From positions 320,001 to 384,000 of the forward strand of contig CBDHDF010000007.1 in assembly GCA_965261545.1 (NCBI GenBank): a stretch of 64,000 nucleotides of DNA, read 5' to 3'. Under the pieces are notes generated by a model, which saw only the letters and a program-made list of their open reading frames with translations, did not search any database and was not told where the DNA came from. Position 1 is the first letter of the stretch; each line of letters begins with the position of its first letter. This DNA comes from Bdellovibrionales bacterium (lineage in GTDB: Bacteria > Bdellovibrionota > Bdellovibrionia > Bdellovibrionales > UBA1609). Below are positions 19,767 through 29,051 of the stretch, one piece after another. The translations under genes and the position numbers were made by a program.

Positions 19767-21890
19767 ATGAAGTTAAAGGCAAAACGACAAGGTCAAATGA
19801 TTCACGAAATCGAACTCACTGAGGGTGAGGAGTATATAGTGGGTCGCTCCAGTGCCTGTGATCTATGCCTTAGAGAGTCTTCTAAAATTTCTCGACAACA
19901 TGTCAAAGTCTCTCAAGATGAAAATGGGCGGTGGGTGGCTCATCTTGTCGCTCGCTTTGGAGAGATGATATTTCAAGGTGAAAGTCAGAGCACTATTGTT
20001 CTTGACCAGGCTCTCTCCTTTCACATCTCACCCTATGATATTGAGTTTTCCATGGAACCTTCCCAATTTGGATCTGAGGAGGAGGGCCAAACGGGAGCAG
20101 ATCAACAAGAGGTAGCAGATCAACAAGAGGGACGAGCGGCGCCATCTGTACCTCCTCCCTCCGCCCCTGAGTCTATGATTTCCTGCCCCCCCTCTGTGTC
20201 CCGGACTTCTTCCGTTCCGGGGGCCTTCTTGGCCCCCTTTAAAGGTGAAATGGGTGATAGAGGCGAATTTAGTGATGATATCACCGCAGATGGTGTTTCG
20301 GATGAACTTCAAGCTTGTCTAGAGATTTTGTGGGAGAATGGACCCAGTGACCTTCATTCACTGGACAAAGGAAATCACTGGCTTTTGGGACGGGATAAGT
20401 CTCTCGCCCAGATTATTCTTGCAAAAAAATATATCAGCAAAAAACAATTTGAAATTGTTAAGAAAGGTTGTGAGTTTTACATTATAGATCTTGGAAGCTC
20501 CAATGGCACGTTTTTAAATAACGAAGCCTTATCCCCCCATGAGCCTCATATTCTCAAAAGTTATGACATGATTTCTGTTAAAAATTTAAAAATGCAGTTT
20601 ACTGTAAAGAACTCCTCTCTCATAACGAACCTTCCCGCAGAGGTGAACTTGGAGAGCCTTCCTAGAGGAGAGGAAGTTTTAGCTTCCCACCAAGAGTTGT
20701 CTCGGGGAGCTTCTCAAGGAGTCCATATGCTGGGAGATCAGATACCGGGCCCCGATGAAGTCAGCACCAATATTACTAAGATGGGACGCTTTCATCAAAA
20801 ATTTCCACCACAGAAGAGAAAGAAAGTCATTCGTATTGCCACAGTTTTATTTATACTTTCTATTTTCTATGGGTTGATGTATGATAGCGGTAAAAAAACC
20901 GGACTTTTCATTGGTGAAGAAGAGTCTGGGGCCTCTGGTGGAGCTTCGGGAGAGGATATGAGTCATCTGCCTCCTTCTCAGAAAATGATGATTAAAGACA
21001 CTTTTCGTCTCGCCCGTACACACTACACTCAGGGGAGTTATCAACTTTGTCTCTCTGAGCTTCATAAGTTACACCAACAACTTCCTTTTTACAAAAACTC
21101 AAAAGAAATTGAGTCCTATTGTGAGGAAGGGCGTTTGTCAATGATGAAGCAAAAAGAAAAGGAGCGGCGAGAATTGGCGGCAAAAGAACTCAAAGAAAGA
21201 GTTCACGTTCTTATTGAAGAATGCAAACGCAAGATCAATCCTTACACAACCCTTGCTCAATTGGAACAGGAGACGTGCTTCATAGAGGTTCGTGAGAAAG
21301 ACCCTGCTCATCCAGGGATTGCAAAGCTCATCGAAGATATAAAGATTCGTGAGCAGAAAAGACTTAGTGAAAGGCAAAGGCAAGCTCAATATCAAAGTCG
21401 AGTTCATCAAGGAACTCAGAGTTACAGTGCAGCCAAGCGCACTTATAAGACAAAGTCCTTAACAGAAGCCATAAGGGCTTATGAAAACTACCTAAAGTCT
21501 TCTTTCCCTGACCCTAAAAAACTTAAGGCCAAGGCCACAAGAGAATTGGCTTCTATAAAAAAGAAATTTAAAAAGCGAGTGAGAAAACATATCACCAAAT
21601 GTAAAAAATTTCTCAACCAAAAAGCCTATAAGAGATCCATTCAGTCTTGCGAAAAAGCCACGGCAGAGGATCCTTCAAGCAAGAAGGCTGAGTCTCTACG
21701 AAAGGAGGCCCTTTCTCAGCTAAGAGTCAAAATGAGAAAAATCTACGATGAGTCTGTGTTGGAGGAACAGTTCGGTAATATAGAAGCTGCCAAAATAAAG
21801 TGGAATCAGATTATACAAGAGGATATTTCTAGCGATGAGTACTTTCAGAGAGCCAAAAGAAAATTAACAAAATATGAAGGTGGGATTTAA
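19767..21890 (+). CDS. Double-FHA, single-TM, TPR-repeat protein
   Basis: VGRS..ISRQH and LGRD..ISKKQ..DLGSSNGTFLN; TM; TPR-like helices. Confidence 0.82.
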   Translation: MKLKAKRQGQMIHEIELTEGEEYIVGRSSACDLCLRESSKISRQHVKVSQDENGRWVAHLVARFGEMIFQGESQSTIVLDQALSFHISPYDIEFSMEPSQFGSEEEGQTGADQQEVADQQEGRAAPSVPPPSAPESMISCPPSVSRTSSVPGAFLAPFKGEMGDRGEFSDDITADGVSDELQACLEILWENGPSDLHSLDKGNHWLLGRDKSLAQIILAKKYISKKQFEIVKKGCEFYIIDLGSSNGTFLNNEALSPHEPHILKSYDMISVKNLKMQFTVKNSSLITNLPAEVNLESLPRGEEVLASHQELSRGASQGVHMLGDQIPGPDEVSTNITKMGRFHQKFPPQKRKKVIRIATVLFILSIFYGLMYDSGKKTGLFIGEEESGASGGASGEDMSHLPPSQKMMIKDTFRLARTHYTQGSYQLCLSELHKLHQQLPFYKNSKEIESYCEEGRLSMMKQKEKERRELAAKELKERVHVLIEECKRKINPYTTLAQLEQETCFIEVREKDPAHPGIAKLIEDIKIREQKRLSERQRQAQYQSRVHQGTQSYSAAKRTYKTKSLTEAIRAYENYLKSSFPDPKKLKAKATRELASIKKKFKKRVRKHITKCKKFLNQKAYKRSIQSCEKATAEDPSSKKAESLRKEALSQLRVKMRKIYDESVLEEQFGNIEAAKIKWNQIIQEDISSDEYFQRAKRKLTKYEGGI

Positions 21891-21940
21891 GTATGAAGGC
21901 GAGACTTAAATATGAGAGCGGAGTTTAACCTATGAAGGAT
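21872..21940 (+). repeat. Degenerate ~19-20 bp tandem repeat (about 3.5 copies) spanning a stop codon and the next start
   Basis: ATATGAAGGTGGGATTTAA / GTATGAAGGCGAGACTTAA / ATATGAGAGCGGAGTTTAA / CTATGAAGG. Confidence 0.6.
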
Positions 21941-22609
21941 ATAATCAGTCGTTCCTATGGAGGAAAGTTATTCAGACCATCTCCAGAAACTTTTCAGAGG
22001 GATGATGATTTACTTATTGTGGTCACTCCTTGGGGACCTAGAGAGTCTGCAAAAAATCTTATAGAAACAGTGAATGAGCACTGTATTTCCCACGAAAATA
22101 GTATGGAAGTCACATCACCATTTGGGTGGCTCACCTATCTATCACCTCTTGGAAATTGGCTGCGAACAGCTCTTATGATTGCTAACAACAAGCTTTGCTC
22201 CGAAGAAAATAGTTACGAGTACCAGTCGGGAGTGGAGATTCTTGCCCTTTGGCGAGATGGTGAGGACTTATGTTTAGGTCACATTGGAGGGCCACATGTG
22301 TTTATTGATCGCAAAGGCTCTAACCTCATACCCCTTGTGTCTGGGTGGGATTTGTCTACAGAAATGTGTGTAAACCATCAATTGCCTCCTCCGCTTCCTA
22401 AAGAGTTGGCAGGAATCCATCAACCTGCTAATATTCATATAATGTCTATGAAACTTTTTGAAGGGGATCGTATTATTTTGCTAAGTCGATCTTATGTGCC
22501 CAATGCCTTTTACGCCCTCTCCAGGGACAAAAGAAATCTCAGTGGTATCTCACAGGCTCTGGCTCAGTCCGACCCCCATTGCCCCTTCTGGCTAGGAGTC
22601 ACTTCATGA
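21932..22609 (+). CDS. Degenerate PP2C/PPM phosphatase-like protein
   Basis: LRTALMIANNKL, GHIG, GDRIILLS resemble PP2C motifs, but the metal-binding Asp residues (ADG, SDG, DN) are missing. Confidence 0.55.
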   Translation: MKDIISRSYGGKLFRPSPETFQRDDDLLIVVTPWGPRESAKNLIETVNEHCISHENSMEVTSPFGWLTYLSPLGNWLRTALMIANNKLCSEENSYEYQSGVEILALWRDGEDLCLGHIGGPHVFIDRKGSNLIPLVSGWDLSTEMCVNHQLPPPLPKELAGIHQPANIHIMSMKLFEGDRIILLSRSYVPNAFYALSRDKRNLSGISQALAQSDPHCPFWLGVTS

Positions 22610-23391
22610 GTGAGCACAAGACACAGTTTACGAACAATGATACTATTTACGGTCCCGTTCAAAGTCGTCGCATGGGATGGAGCCTAGGAATCAATCTTTT
22701 AGGACACGAACATAAAGTTTGCTCTTATAACTGTCCCTACTGTGAATTGGGAGAAAGTAAACTTCGCCTGAATCAAGTGGGGCGAACGATCAAATTTCAT
22801 CCCCCCGAGGTTATCAATGATCGATTTGTAAAAAAACTCTCTGATATCCAGCTCTCACCTCATCCCATAGAATCCATATGCAATTCAGGTTATGGTGAAC
22901 CCACCTTGTATCATCCTTTTAAAGAGGTGAGTGAAATGATCTACCATTCACGGAACGAAATTATGGGAAATGCTAAACTCCATCTCCTTACAAATGGAGC
23001 TCATTTTGATCAAAAAAAGGTTCTTGCAAGTCTTCCCTACTATGATTTTATTCATGTAAAGTTTGATGCGGGAGACGATCAAATTTTAAAACAGATCAAT
23101 GCTCCCCTTGTTCGGACCAATATCAACAAAATTCTCCACCAACTCCGAAGTATCGATCATTTAATTCTACAATCTATGTTTGTGACAGGGAGTGTGGACA
23201 ATACCACAAACGCTGCTGTTGAGTCTTGGATGGAGGCTGTGGGCATTGTTCAACCCCAGGTGGTTCATCTTTACACCCTAGATAGAAAGCCCACAGACGC
23301 CACTATTCTCAAGGTGGACGAAGACATCCTCGATATTATTGGAACGAAGCTTCGGCGCAAGACTCAAATAGAGTATCATGTGTTTTACTAA
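22606..23391 (+). CDS. Radical SAM protein
   Basis: IYGPVQSRRMGWSLGINL, CSYNCPYC (CxxxCxxC), SGYGEPTL; ATG at 22606 overlaps the upstream TGA. Confidence 0.9.
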   Translation: MSEHKTQFTNNDTIYGPVQSRRMGWSLGINLLGHEHKVCSYNCPYCELGESKLRLNQVGRTIKFHPPEVINDRFVKKLSDIQLSPHPIESICNSGYGEPTLYHPFKEVSEMIYHSRNEIMGNAKLHLLTNGAHFDQKKVLASLPYYDFIHVKFDAGDDQILKQINAPLVRTNINKILHQLRSIDHLILQSMFVTGSVDNTTNAAVESWMEAVGIVQPQVVHLYTLDRKPTDATILKVDEDILDIIGTKLRRKTQIEYHVFY

Positions 23392-23398
23392 AATTCTT
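23391..23398. repeat. 8-bp target-site duplication AAATTCTT, left copy (partner 31653-31660), bounding the IS110/IS66 nest
   Basis: AAATTCTT directly precedes GTAAC at 23399 and directly follows GTTAC at 31652; 8 bp is the usual IS66 TSD length. Confidence 0.9.
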
Positions 23399-23596
23399 GT
23401 AACATTCATGGGGGCGCCTTGCTTCCCCACCCACGCCCATGAATCTTTCTAGGCCCCCACTTCTTTGCACGAAGCAACTCGGTGGACAGCTTCGCTGGTC
23501 TATATAATTGGCCTCTTTTAGTTACTCTGGACTTTTGATGGTATTTTTGTCATGTATGATTCCGATACAATAAAGGATAAAGCAATAACATTATTG

Positions 23597-23783
23597 GAAG
23601 GTGATAAGATGAGTGGCCGTTGAATAGATTGGTAATTTTAATTCCGTGAAGTAACATGGTCTTGAGCTTTGGATCGAACCCACGCATGTACCTGCACTCT
23701 GAGTGTATGGACGTATAGTAAGTTGACCTATTTTCGCTTTAGAATTTATGGCAAAATCCCAAGGCTCTAGTTTTATCACCTTC
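23597..23783 (+). ncRNA. Predicted IS110 bridge/seek-type guide RNA (also at 25301-25487 and, reversed, in copy 3)
   Basis: Outer stem GAAGGTGATAA/TTATCACCTTC followed by a T-run; loop closed by GGCCGT/ATGGTC carrying TGAATAG and GTAAC (target match); second domain closed by GAGCTTTGGAT/ATCCCAAGGCTC carrying TGAGTGT and ATAGTAA (donor match). Confidence 0.7.
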
Positions 23784-23811
23784 TTTTTTTCTAACAGAAA
23801 GGAGGAGTCAT

Positions 23812-25014
23812 GTGGATATTATTTATAGTTCTGTTTGTGGAATAGATGTTCATCAACATATGTTGATGTGTACGATTGTCAAAGTGGAAGACGGTAAGAA
23901 GAAGTTTTTCACAAAAGAGTTCAAGAATTTTCCAAAAAATTTTCCTAGAATGCGCTCTTGGATGAAGCCACATAAGGTTGAGAGAGTTCTTTTTGAGAGC
24001 ACAGGGATTTATTGGAATTCTTTATACGATGATTTGACAGAAAAAGGTTATGAAGTAGATGTTATCAATGCCTTTCATGTCAAAAATATTACTGGTAAAA
24101 AAACTGACGTGTTGGATAGCCAGTGGATTGCAGAGCTTGGTGCTTGTGGTCTTCTAAGAGCTAGCTTCATTCCTCCACGTGAGATTCGTTCTATTAGACT
24201 TTTGGCTCGTTATCGTACAAAAACGATCCGCCAAATATCTTCGGAACAAAATCGTATGTATAAGGTTCTTGAATATTCAGGCATTCGTTTAACCTATGCA
24301 ATGTCTAAAGCTGACTGCGTATCTGGTATGGCCATGATTCGTGCCATAGCTAATGGAGAGAGATCAGTTTCTAAATTGATGTCTCTTGCCAGAGGGTCTT
24401 TACGTCAAAAGACCGAAGAATTTTCTTACGCCCTGTCGGGAAAGATGACGGAAGAAAATCGTTTTGTTCTTCAACGCATTCTTGATCGAATAGATTTTTT
24501 GAAAAAAGAATGCTCTCAAATTGAAGAAGAACTTTTCATTCGTATGAAACCCTATGAAAGGCAGTGGCATCTACTCCAGACTATACCTGGAATTGACGAA
24601 TTAAGTGCAGCGCTTTTGATTGCAGAAATAGGAGGCAATGTGAAGTCTTTTAAAAATAAAGGAAATTTTTGCTCCTGGATGGGGATTTGCCCATCCAATA
24701 ATGAGAGCGCAGGAAAAAAAAAGTCTTCACGAACGAGGAAAGCGAACACATATGTGAAATCGTTGGTATGTGAGATGGCCAATAGTGCTATTAAGACGAA
24801 TTCACAATTCAAAGGCAAATACCAATCACTTGTTATAAGGCGTGGGCACAAGAGATCAGTGATTGCCGTTGGTCACAAAATGATGGGAGTTGTTTATTCA
24901 GTCATAAGTAATGACACCCCCTACAAAGACCCTGGAATTGACTATGAAAAGCTCATGGTGAAAAAAAATGCACCAAGGTGGATTAGAGCGTTAAAAAAGT
25001 ATGATTTCATGTAA
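23812..25014 (+). CDS. IS110-family DEDD recombinase/transposase
   Basis: GIDVH, FESTG, KKTDVLDS (DEDD); TIPGI; NESAGK catalytic-Ser region; RBS AGGAGG. Confidence 0.95.
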   Translation: MDIIYSSVCGIDVHQHMLMCTIVKVEDGKKKFFTKEFKNFPKNFPRMRSWMKPHKVERVLFESTGIYWNSLYDDLTEKGYEVDVINAFHVKNITGKKTDVLDSQWIAELGACGLLRASFIPPREIRSIRLLARYRTKTIRQISSEQNRMYKVLEYSGIRLTYAMSKADCVSGMAMIRAIANGERSVSKLMSLARGSLRQKTEEFSYALSGKMTEENRFVLQRILDRIDFLKKECSQIEEELFIRMKPYERQWHLLQTIPGIDELSAALLIAEIGGNVKSFKNKGNFCSWMGICPSNNESAGKKKSSRTRKANTYVKSLVCEMANSAIKTNSQFKGKYQSLVIRRGHKRSVIAVGHKMMGVVYSVISNDTPYKDPGIDYEKLMVKKNAPRWIRALKKYDFM

Positions 25015-25102
25015 TGTAGGATGATTTAAAAACTCGGACATTTGAAAAAATTCGAAGAACGGATAGTGGATTCGTGCGTCCAAACTACCCCGGAGATTCA
25101 TA

Positions 25103-26806
25103 GTAACATTCATGGGGGCGCCTTGCTTCCCCACCCACGCCCATGAATCTTTCTAGGCCCCCACTTCTTTGCACGAAGCAACTCGGTGGACAGCTTCGCT
25201 GGTCTATATAATTGGCCTCTTTTAGTTACTCTGGACTTTTGATGGTATTTTTGTCATGTATGATTCCGATACAATAAAGGATAAAGCAATAACATTATTG
25301 GAAGGTGATAAGATGAGTGGCCGTTGAATAGATTGGTAATTTTAATTCCGTGAAGTAACATGGTCTTGAGCTTTGGATCGAACCCACGCATGTACCTGCA
25401 CTCTGAGTGTATGGACGTATAGTAAGTTGACCTATTTTCGCTTTAGAATTTATGGCAAAATCCCAAGGCTCTAGTTTTATCACCTTCTTTTTTTCTAACA
25501 GAAAGGAGGAGTCATGTGGATATTATTTATAGTTCTGTTTGTGGAATAGATGTTCATCAACATATGTTGATGTGTACGATTGTCAAAGTGGAAGACGGTA
25601 AGAAGAAGTTTTTCACAAAAGAGTTCAAGAATTTTCCAAAAAATTTTCCTAGAATGCGCTCTTGGATGAAGCCACATAAGGTTGAGAGAGTTCTTTTTGA
25701 GAGCACAGGGATTTATTGGAATTCTTTATACGATGATTTGACAGAAAAAGGTTATGAAGTAGATGTTATCAATGCCTTTCATGTCAAAAATATTACTGGT
25801 AAAAAAACTGACGTGTTGGATAGCCAGTGGATTGCAGAGCTTGGTGCTTGTGGTCTTCTAAGAGCTAGCTTCATTCCTCCACGTGAGATTCGTTCTATTA
25901 GACTTTTGGCTCGTTATCGTACAAAAACGATCCGCCAAATATCTTCGGAACAAAATCGTATGTATAAGGTTCTTGAATATTCAGGCATTCGTTTAACCTA
26001 TGCAATGTCTAAAGCTGACTGCGTATCTGGTATGGCCATGATTCGTGCCATAGCTAATGGAGAGAGATCAGTTTCTAAATTGATGTCTCTTGCCAGAGGG
26101 TCTTTACGTCAAAAGACCGAAGAATTTTCTTACGCCCTGTCGGGAAAGATGACGGAAGAAAATCGTTTTGTTCTTCAACGCATTCTTGATCGAATAGATT
26201 TTTTGAAAAAAGAATGCTCTCAAATTGAAGAAGAACTTTTCATTCGTATGAAACCCTATGAAAGGCAGTGGCATCTACTCCAGACTATACCTGGAATTGA
26301 CGAATTAAGTGCAGCGCTTTTGATTGCAGAAATAGGAGGCAATGTGAAATCTTTTAAAAATAAAGGAAATTTTTGCTCCTGGATGGGGATTTGCCCATCC
26401 AATAATGAGAGCGCAGGAAAAAAAAAGTCTTCACGAACGAGGAAAGCGAACACATATGTGAAATCGTTGGTATGTGAGATGGCCAATAGTGCTATTAAGA
26501 CGAATTCACAATTCAAAGGCAAATACCAATCACTTGTTATAAGGCGTGGGCACAAGAGATCAGTGATTGCCGTTGGTCACAAAATGATGGGAGTTGTTTA
26601 TTCAGTCATAAGTAATGACACCCCCTACAAAGACCCTGGAATTGACTATGAAAAGCTCATGGTGAAAAAAAATGCACCAAGGTGGATTAGAGCGTTAAAA
26701 AAGTATGATTTCATGTAATGTAGGATGATTTAAAAACTCGGACATTTGAAAAAATTCGAAGAACGGATAGTGGATTCGTGCGTCCAAACTACCCCGGAGA
26801 TTCATA
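25103..26806 (+). mobile_element. IS110-family element, copy 2 (head-to-tail with copy 1)
   Basis: Junction GGAGATTCATA-GTAAC-ATTCATGGGGG at about 25092-25118; ends abutting the IS66 left TIR. Confidence 0.95.
25516..26718 (+). CDS. IS110-family recombinase/transposase (same protein as 23812..25014)
   Basis: Same 400-aa sequence. Confidence 0.95.
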   Translation: MDIIYSSVCGIDVHQHMLMCTIVKVEDGKKKFFTKEFKNFPKNFPRMRSWMKPHKVERVLFESTGIYWNSLYDDLTEKGYEVDVINAFHVKNITGKKTDVLDSQWIAELGACGLLRASFIPPREIRSIRLLARYRTKTIRQISSEQNRMYKVLEYSGIRLTYAMSKADCVSGMAMIRAIANGERSVSKLMSLARGSLRQKTEEFSYALSGKMTEENRFVLQRILDRIDFLKKECSQIEEELFIRMKPYERQWHLLQTIPGIDELSAALLIAEIGGNVKSFKNKGNFCSWMGICPSNNESAGKKKSSRTRKANTYVKSLVCEMANSAIKTNSQFKGKYQSLVIRRGHKRSVIAVGHKMMGVVYSVISNDTPYKDPGIDYEKLMVKKNAPRWIRALKKYDFM

Positions 26807-28521
26807 GTAACTATTCAGGGGGTGCCGCATTAATTCGAACAATTTTTTTAAAAAAAGTATAAAAATTCTTGACAAGTTTTTGAAGCAAACGACCTCTTTC
26901 ATTTGTTCTTTATCGAATATGTTCCTGCATATGGCTTAAACTCTCTGAGAGCCATAGTATTGAAAGATTGTGAAACATAGGTCGCGGGGGGCACTTCTCA
27001 TTCCTTTTGCTTCTTAGAACGAATCCTAGTGCATTTTTTTTAATGAAAAAAAGGCATGTTAATATTTTCATAAGGTAAGTATGAAAATAGAAAATATTGA
27101 CGTGTCTTCAGCCATAAATAAAATCAGGAAGCTTCTTAAGAAAGAGAAGTCCCTTTCTCCCGCTTTTATTGTGGCCATTGAGTTGTTGATCAAAATCATC
27201 ACTATTCTAGTAAATCAAAAAAAATTAAATAGTCAAAACAGTAGTATTGCCCCTTCTCAAGATCCGAATGGCCCTAAAAAGAAACCTAAGGAAGAAACTG
27301 GTAAGAAGCCAGGAGGACAACCCGGACACGAAGGAGCTACTTTAAAACCCGTGGATACTCCAGACAAGGTGGAGTTCATTTCTATTAATAAAGAGGAACT
27401 TCCTCCAGGTGATTACATTTCTTCTGGAGTTGAAAAGCGTCAAGTATTTGAGGTAGACCTTTCTGTGCATGTCACGGAGTATCAAGGAGAAATCCTCGAA
27501 GACCAAGATGGGAATCAGTGGGTTGCAGGTTTTCCAGAAGGAATCAATAACCCAACTCAATATGGCCCTTCTGTGAAAGCTCACTCAGTTTATATGTCCC
27601 AGTTTCAGTTAATCCCTCATCTTCGAGTCGCAAGTTACTTTAATCAATGGGGTCTATCGCTTGCTGGATCTACGGTACACAATTTTAACAAATCTGCCTT
27701 TGAGGCTCTGGAAGCTTTTGAGGAGTGGGCAAAGGAAACTCTTCTGAACTCACCTTTGATTCATGCTGACGAAACTGGAGTGAATGTTAATGGGAAGAGG
27801 CTGTGGTTTCACCTCTTGTCCAATGATACTGTGGTTCTCTATCAGGTGGACGAAAAAAGAGGCGCAGAGGCTATGGATCGCATGGGAATTCTTCCAAAAT
27901 ACACAGGGATTGTTTGTCATGACCATTGGAAACCTTATTATACATATACTTCCTGCATTCATGCCCTTTGCAATGCGCACCATTTAAGGGAGCTTCAAAG
28001 AGCTTGGGAGCAAGATGATCAAAAATGGGCAAAAGAAATGAAGTCTCTTTTAGAGACAATAAACAAAGAGGTGCACGATACGCAGAACCAATGCCTTTCA
28101 CAAGACCGAATTGAATATTACAAAGAGAAATATCGAAATATTCTCTTCGAAGGGGAAAAGGAATCTCCATTAATGGAGAGGACAGAGAAAAAAAAGAAGG
28201 GAAAGGTTAAACAATCCAAATCTAGAAATTTACTAGATCGACTGAGAAACTTTGAAGATGATACCTTGCTATTTATGAAGGACCCCATAGTTCCATTTAC
28301 GAATAATATAGCAGAAAATGATCTGAGAATGACCAAAGTTCAGCAGAAAATATCTGGGTGCTTTCGTTCGTTGATGGGAGCCAAGACATTTTGTAGAAAC
28401 CGAAGCTTTCTCCTGACTTGCCAGAAAAATGGCATAGAACCTAAAGATGCTCTAAATATGCTATTTCAAGGAAAACTTCCCTCATTTATGACTCGAATTC
28501 GCCCACCCCCTGAATAGTTAC
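26807..28521 (+). mobile_element. IS66-family element (single-ORF, ISBst12-like), 1715 bp
   Basis: TIRs GTAACTATTCAGGGGGTG / CACCCCCTGAATAGTTAC; 8-bp TSD displaced outward by the IS110 insertions. Confidence 0.93.
27081..28517 (+). CDS. IS66-family transposase TnpC
   Basis: NSQNSSIAPSQD, GGQPGHEG, HADETG, HDHWKPY, CNAHHLREL, FTNNIAENDLRMTKVQQKISGCFRS. Confidence 0.95.
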   Translation: MKIENIDVSSAINKIRKLLKKEKSLSPAFIVAIELLIKIITILVNQKKLNSQNSSIAPSQDPNGPKKKPKEETGKKPGGQPGHEGATLKPVDTPDKVEFISINKEELPPGDYISSGVEKRQVFEVDLSVHVTEYQGEILEDQDGNQWVAGFPEGINNPTQYGPSVKAHSVYMSQFQLIPHLRVASYFNQWGLSLAGSTVHNFNKSAFEALEAFEEWAKETLLNSPLIHADETGVNVNGKRLWFHLLSNDTVVLYQVDEKRGAEAMDRMGILPKYTGIVCHDHWKPYYTYTSCIHALCNAHHLRELQRAWEQDDQKWAKEMKSLLETINKEVHDTQNQCLSQDRIEYYKEKYRNILFEGEKESPLMERTEKKKKGKVKQSKSRNLLDRLRNFEDDTLLFMKDPIVPFTNNIAENDLRMTKVQQKISGCFRSLMGAKTFCRNRSFLLTCQKNGIEPKDALNMLFQGKLPSFMTRIRPPPE

Positions 28522-29051
28522 TATGAATCTCCGGGGTAGTTTGGACGCACGAATCCACTATCCGTTCTTCGAATTTTTTCAAATGTCCGAGTTTTTAAAT
28601 CATCCTACATTACATGAAATCATACTTTTTTAACGCTCTAATCCACCTTGGTGCATTTTTTTTCACCATGAGCTTTTCATAGTCAATTCCAGGGTCTTTG
28701 TAGGGGGTGTCATTACTTATGACTGAATAAACAACTCCCATCATTTTGTGACCAACGGCAATCACTGATCTCTTGTGCCCACGCCTTATAACAAGTGATT
28801 GGTATTTGCCTTTGAATTGTGAATTCGTCTTAATAGCACTATTGGCCATCTCACATACCAACGATTTCACATATGTGTTCGCTTTCCTCGTTCGTGAAGA
28901 CTTTTTTTTTCCTGCGCTCTCATTATTGGATGGGCAAATCCCCATCCAGGAGCAAAAATTTCCTTTATTTTTAAAAGACTTCACATTGCCTCCTATTTCT
29001 GCAATCAAAAGCGCTGCACTTAATTCGTCAATTCCAGGTATAGTCTGGAGT

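Larger units (their letters stand above)
23399..25102 (+). mobile_element. IS110-family element, copy 1 (1704 bp; boundary ambiguous within the shared GTAAC)
   Basis: Near-identical 1704-bp tandem repeat with copy 2; ~410-bp non-coding left end; no TIR or TSD of its own. Confidence 0.95.

Noticed and set aside
23404..23444. Inverted repeat ATTCATGGG...CCCATGAAT as IS110 TIR or host terminator
   Set aside because: Both arms lie within the IS110 left end, so it is an internal hairpin of unknown role rather than a pair of element ends
23591..23973. Small antisense ORFs (62 and 60 aa) repeated in each IS110 copy
   Set aside because: They recur only because the element is duplicated; they overlap the predicted RNA and recombinase and have no motifs
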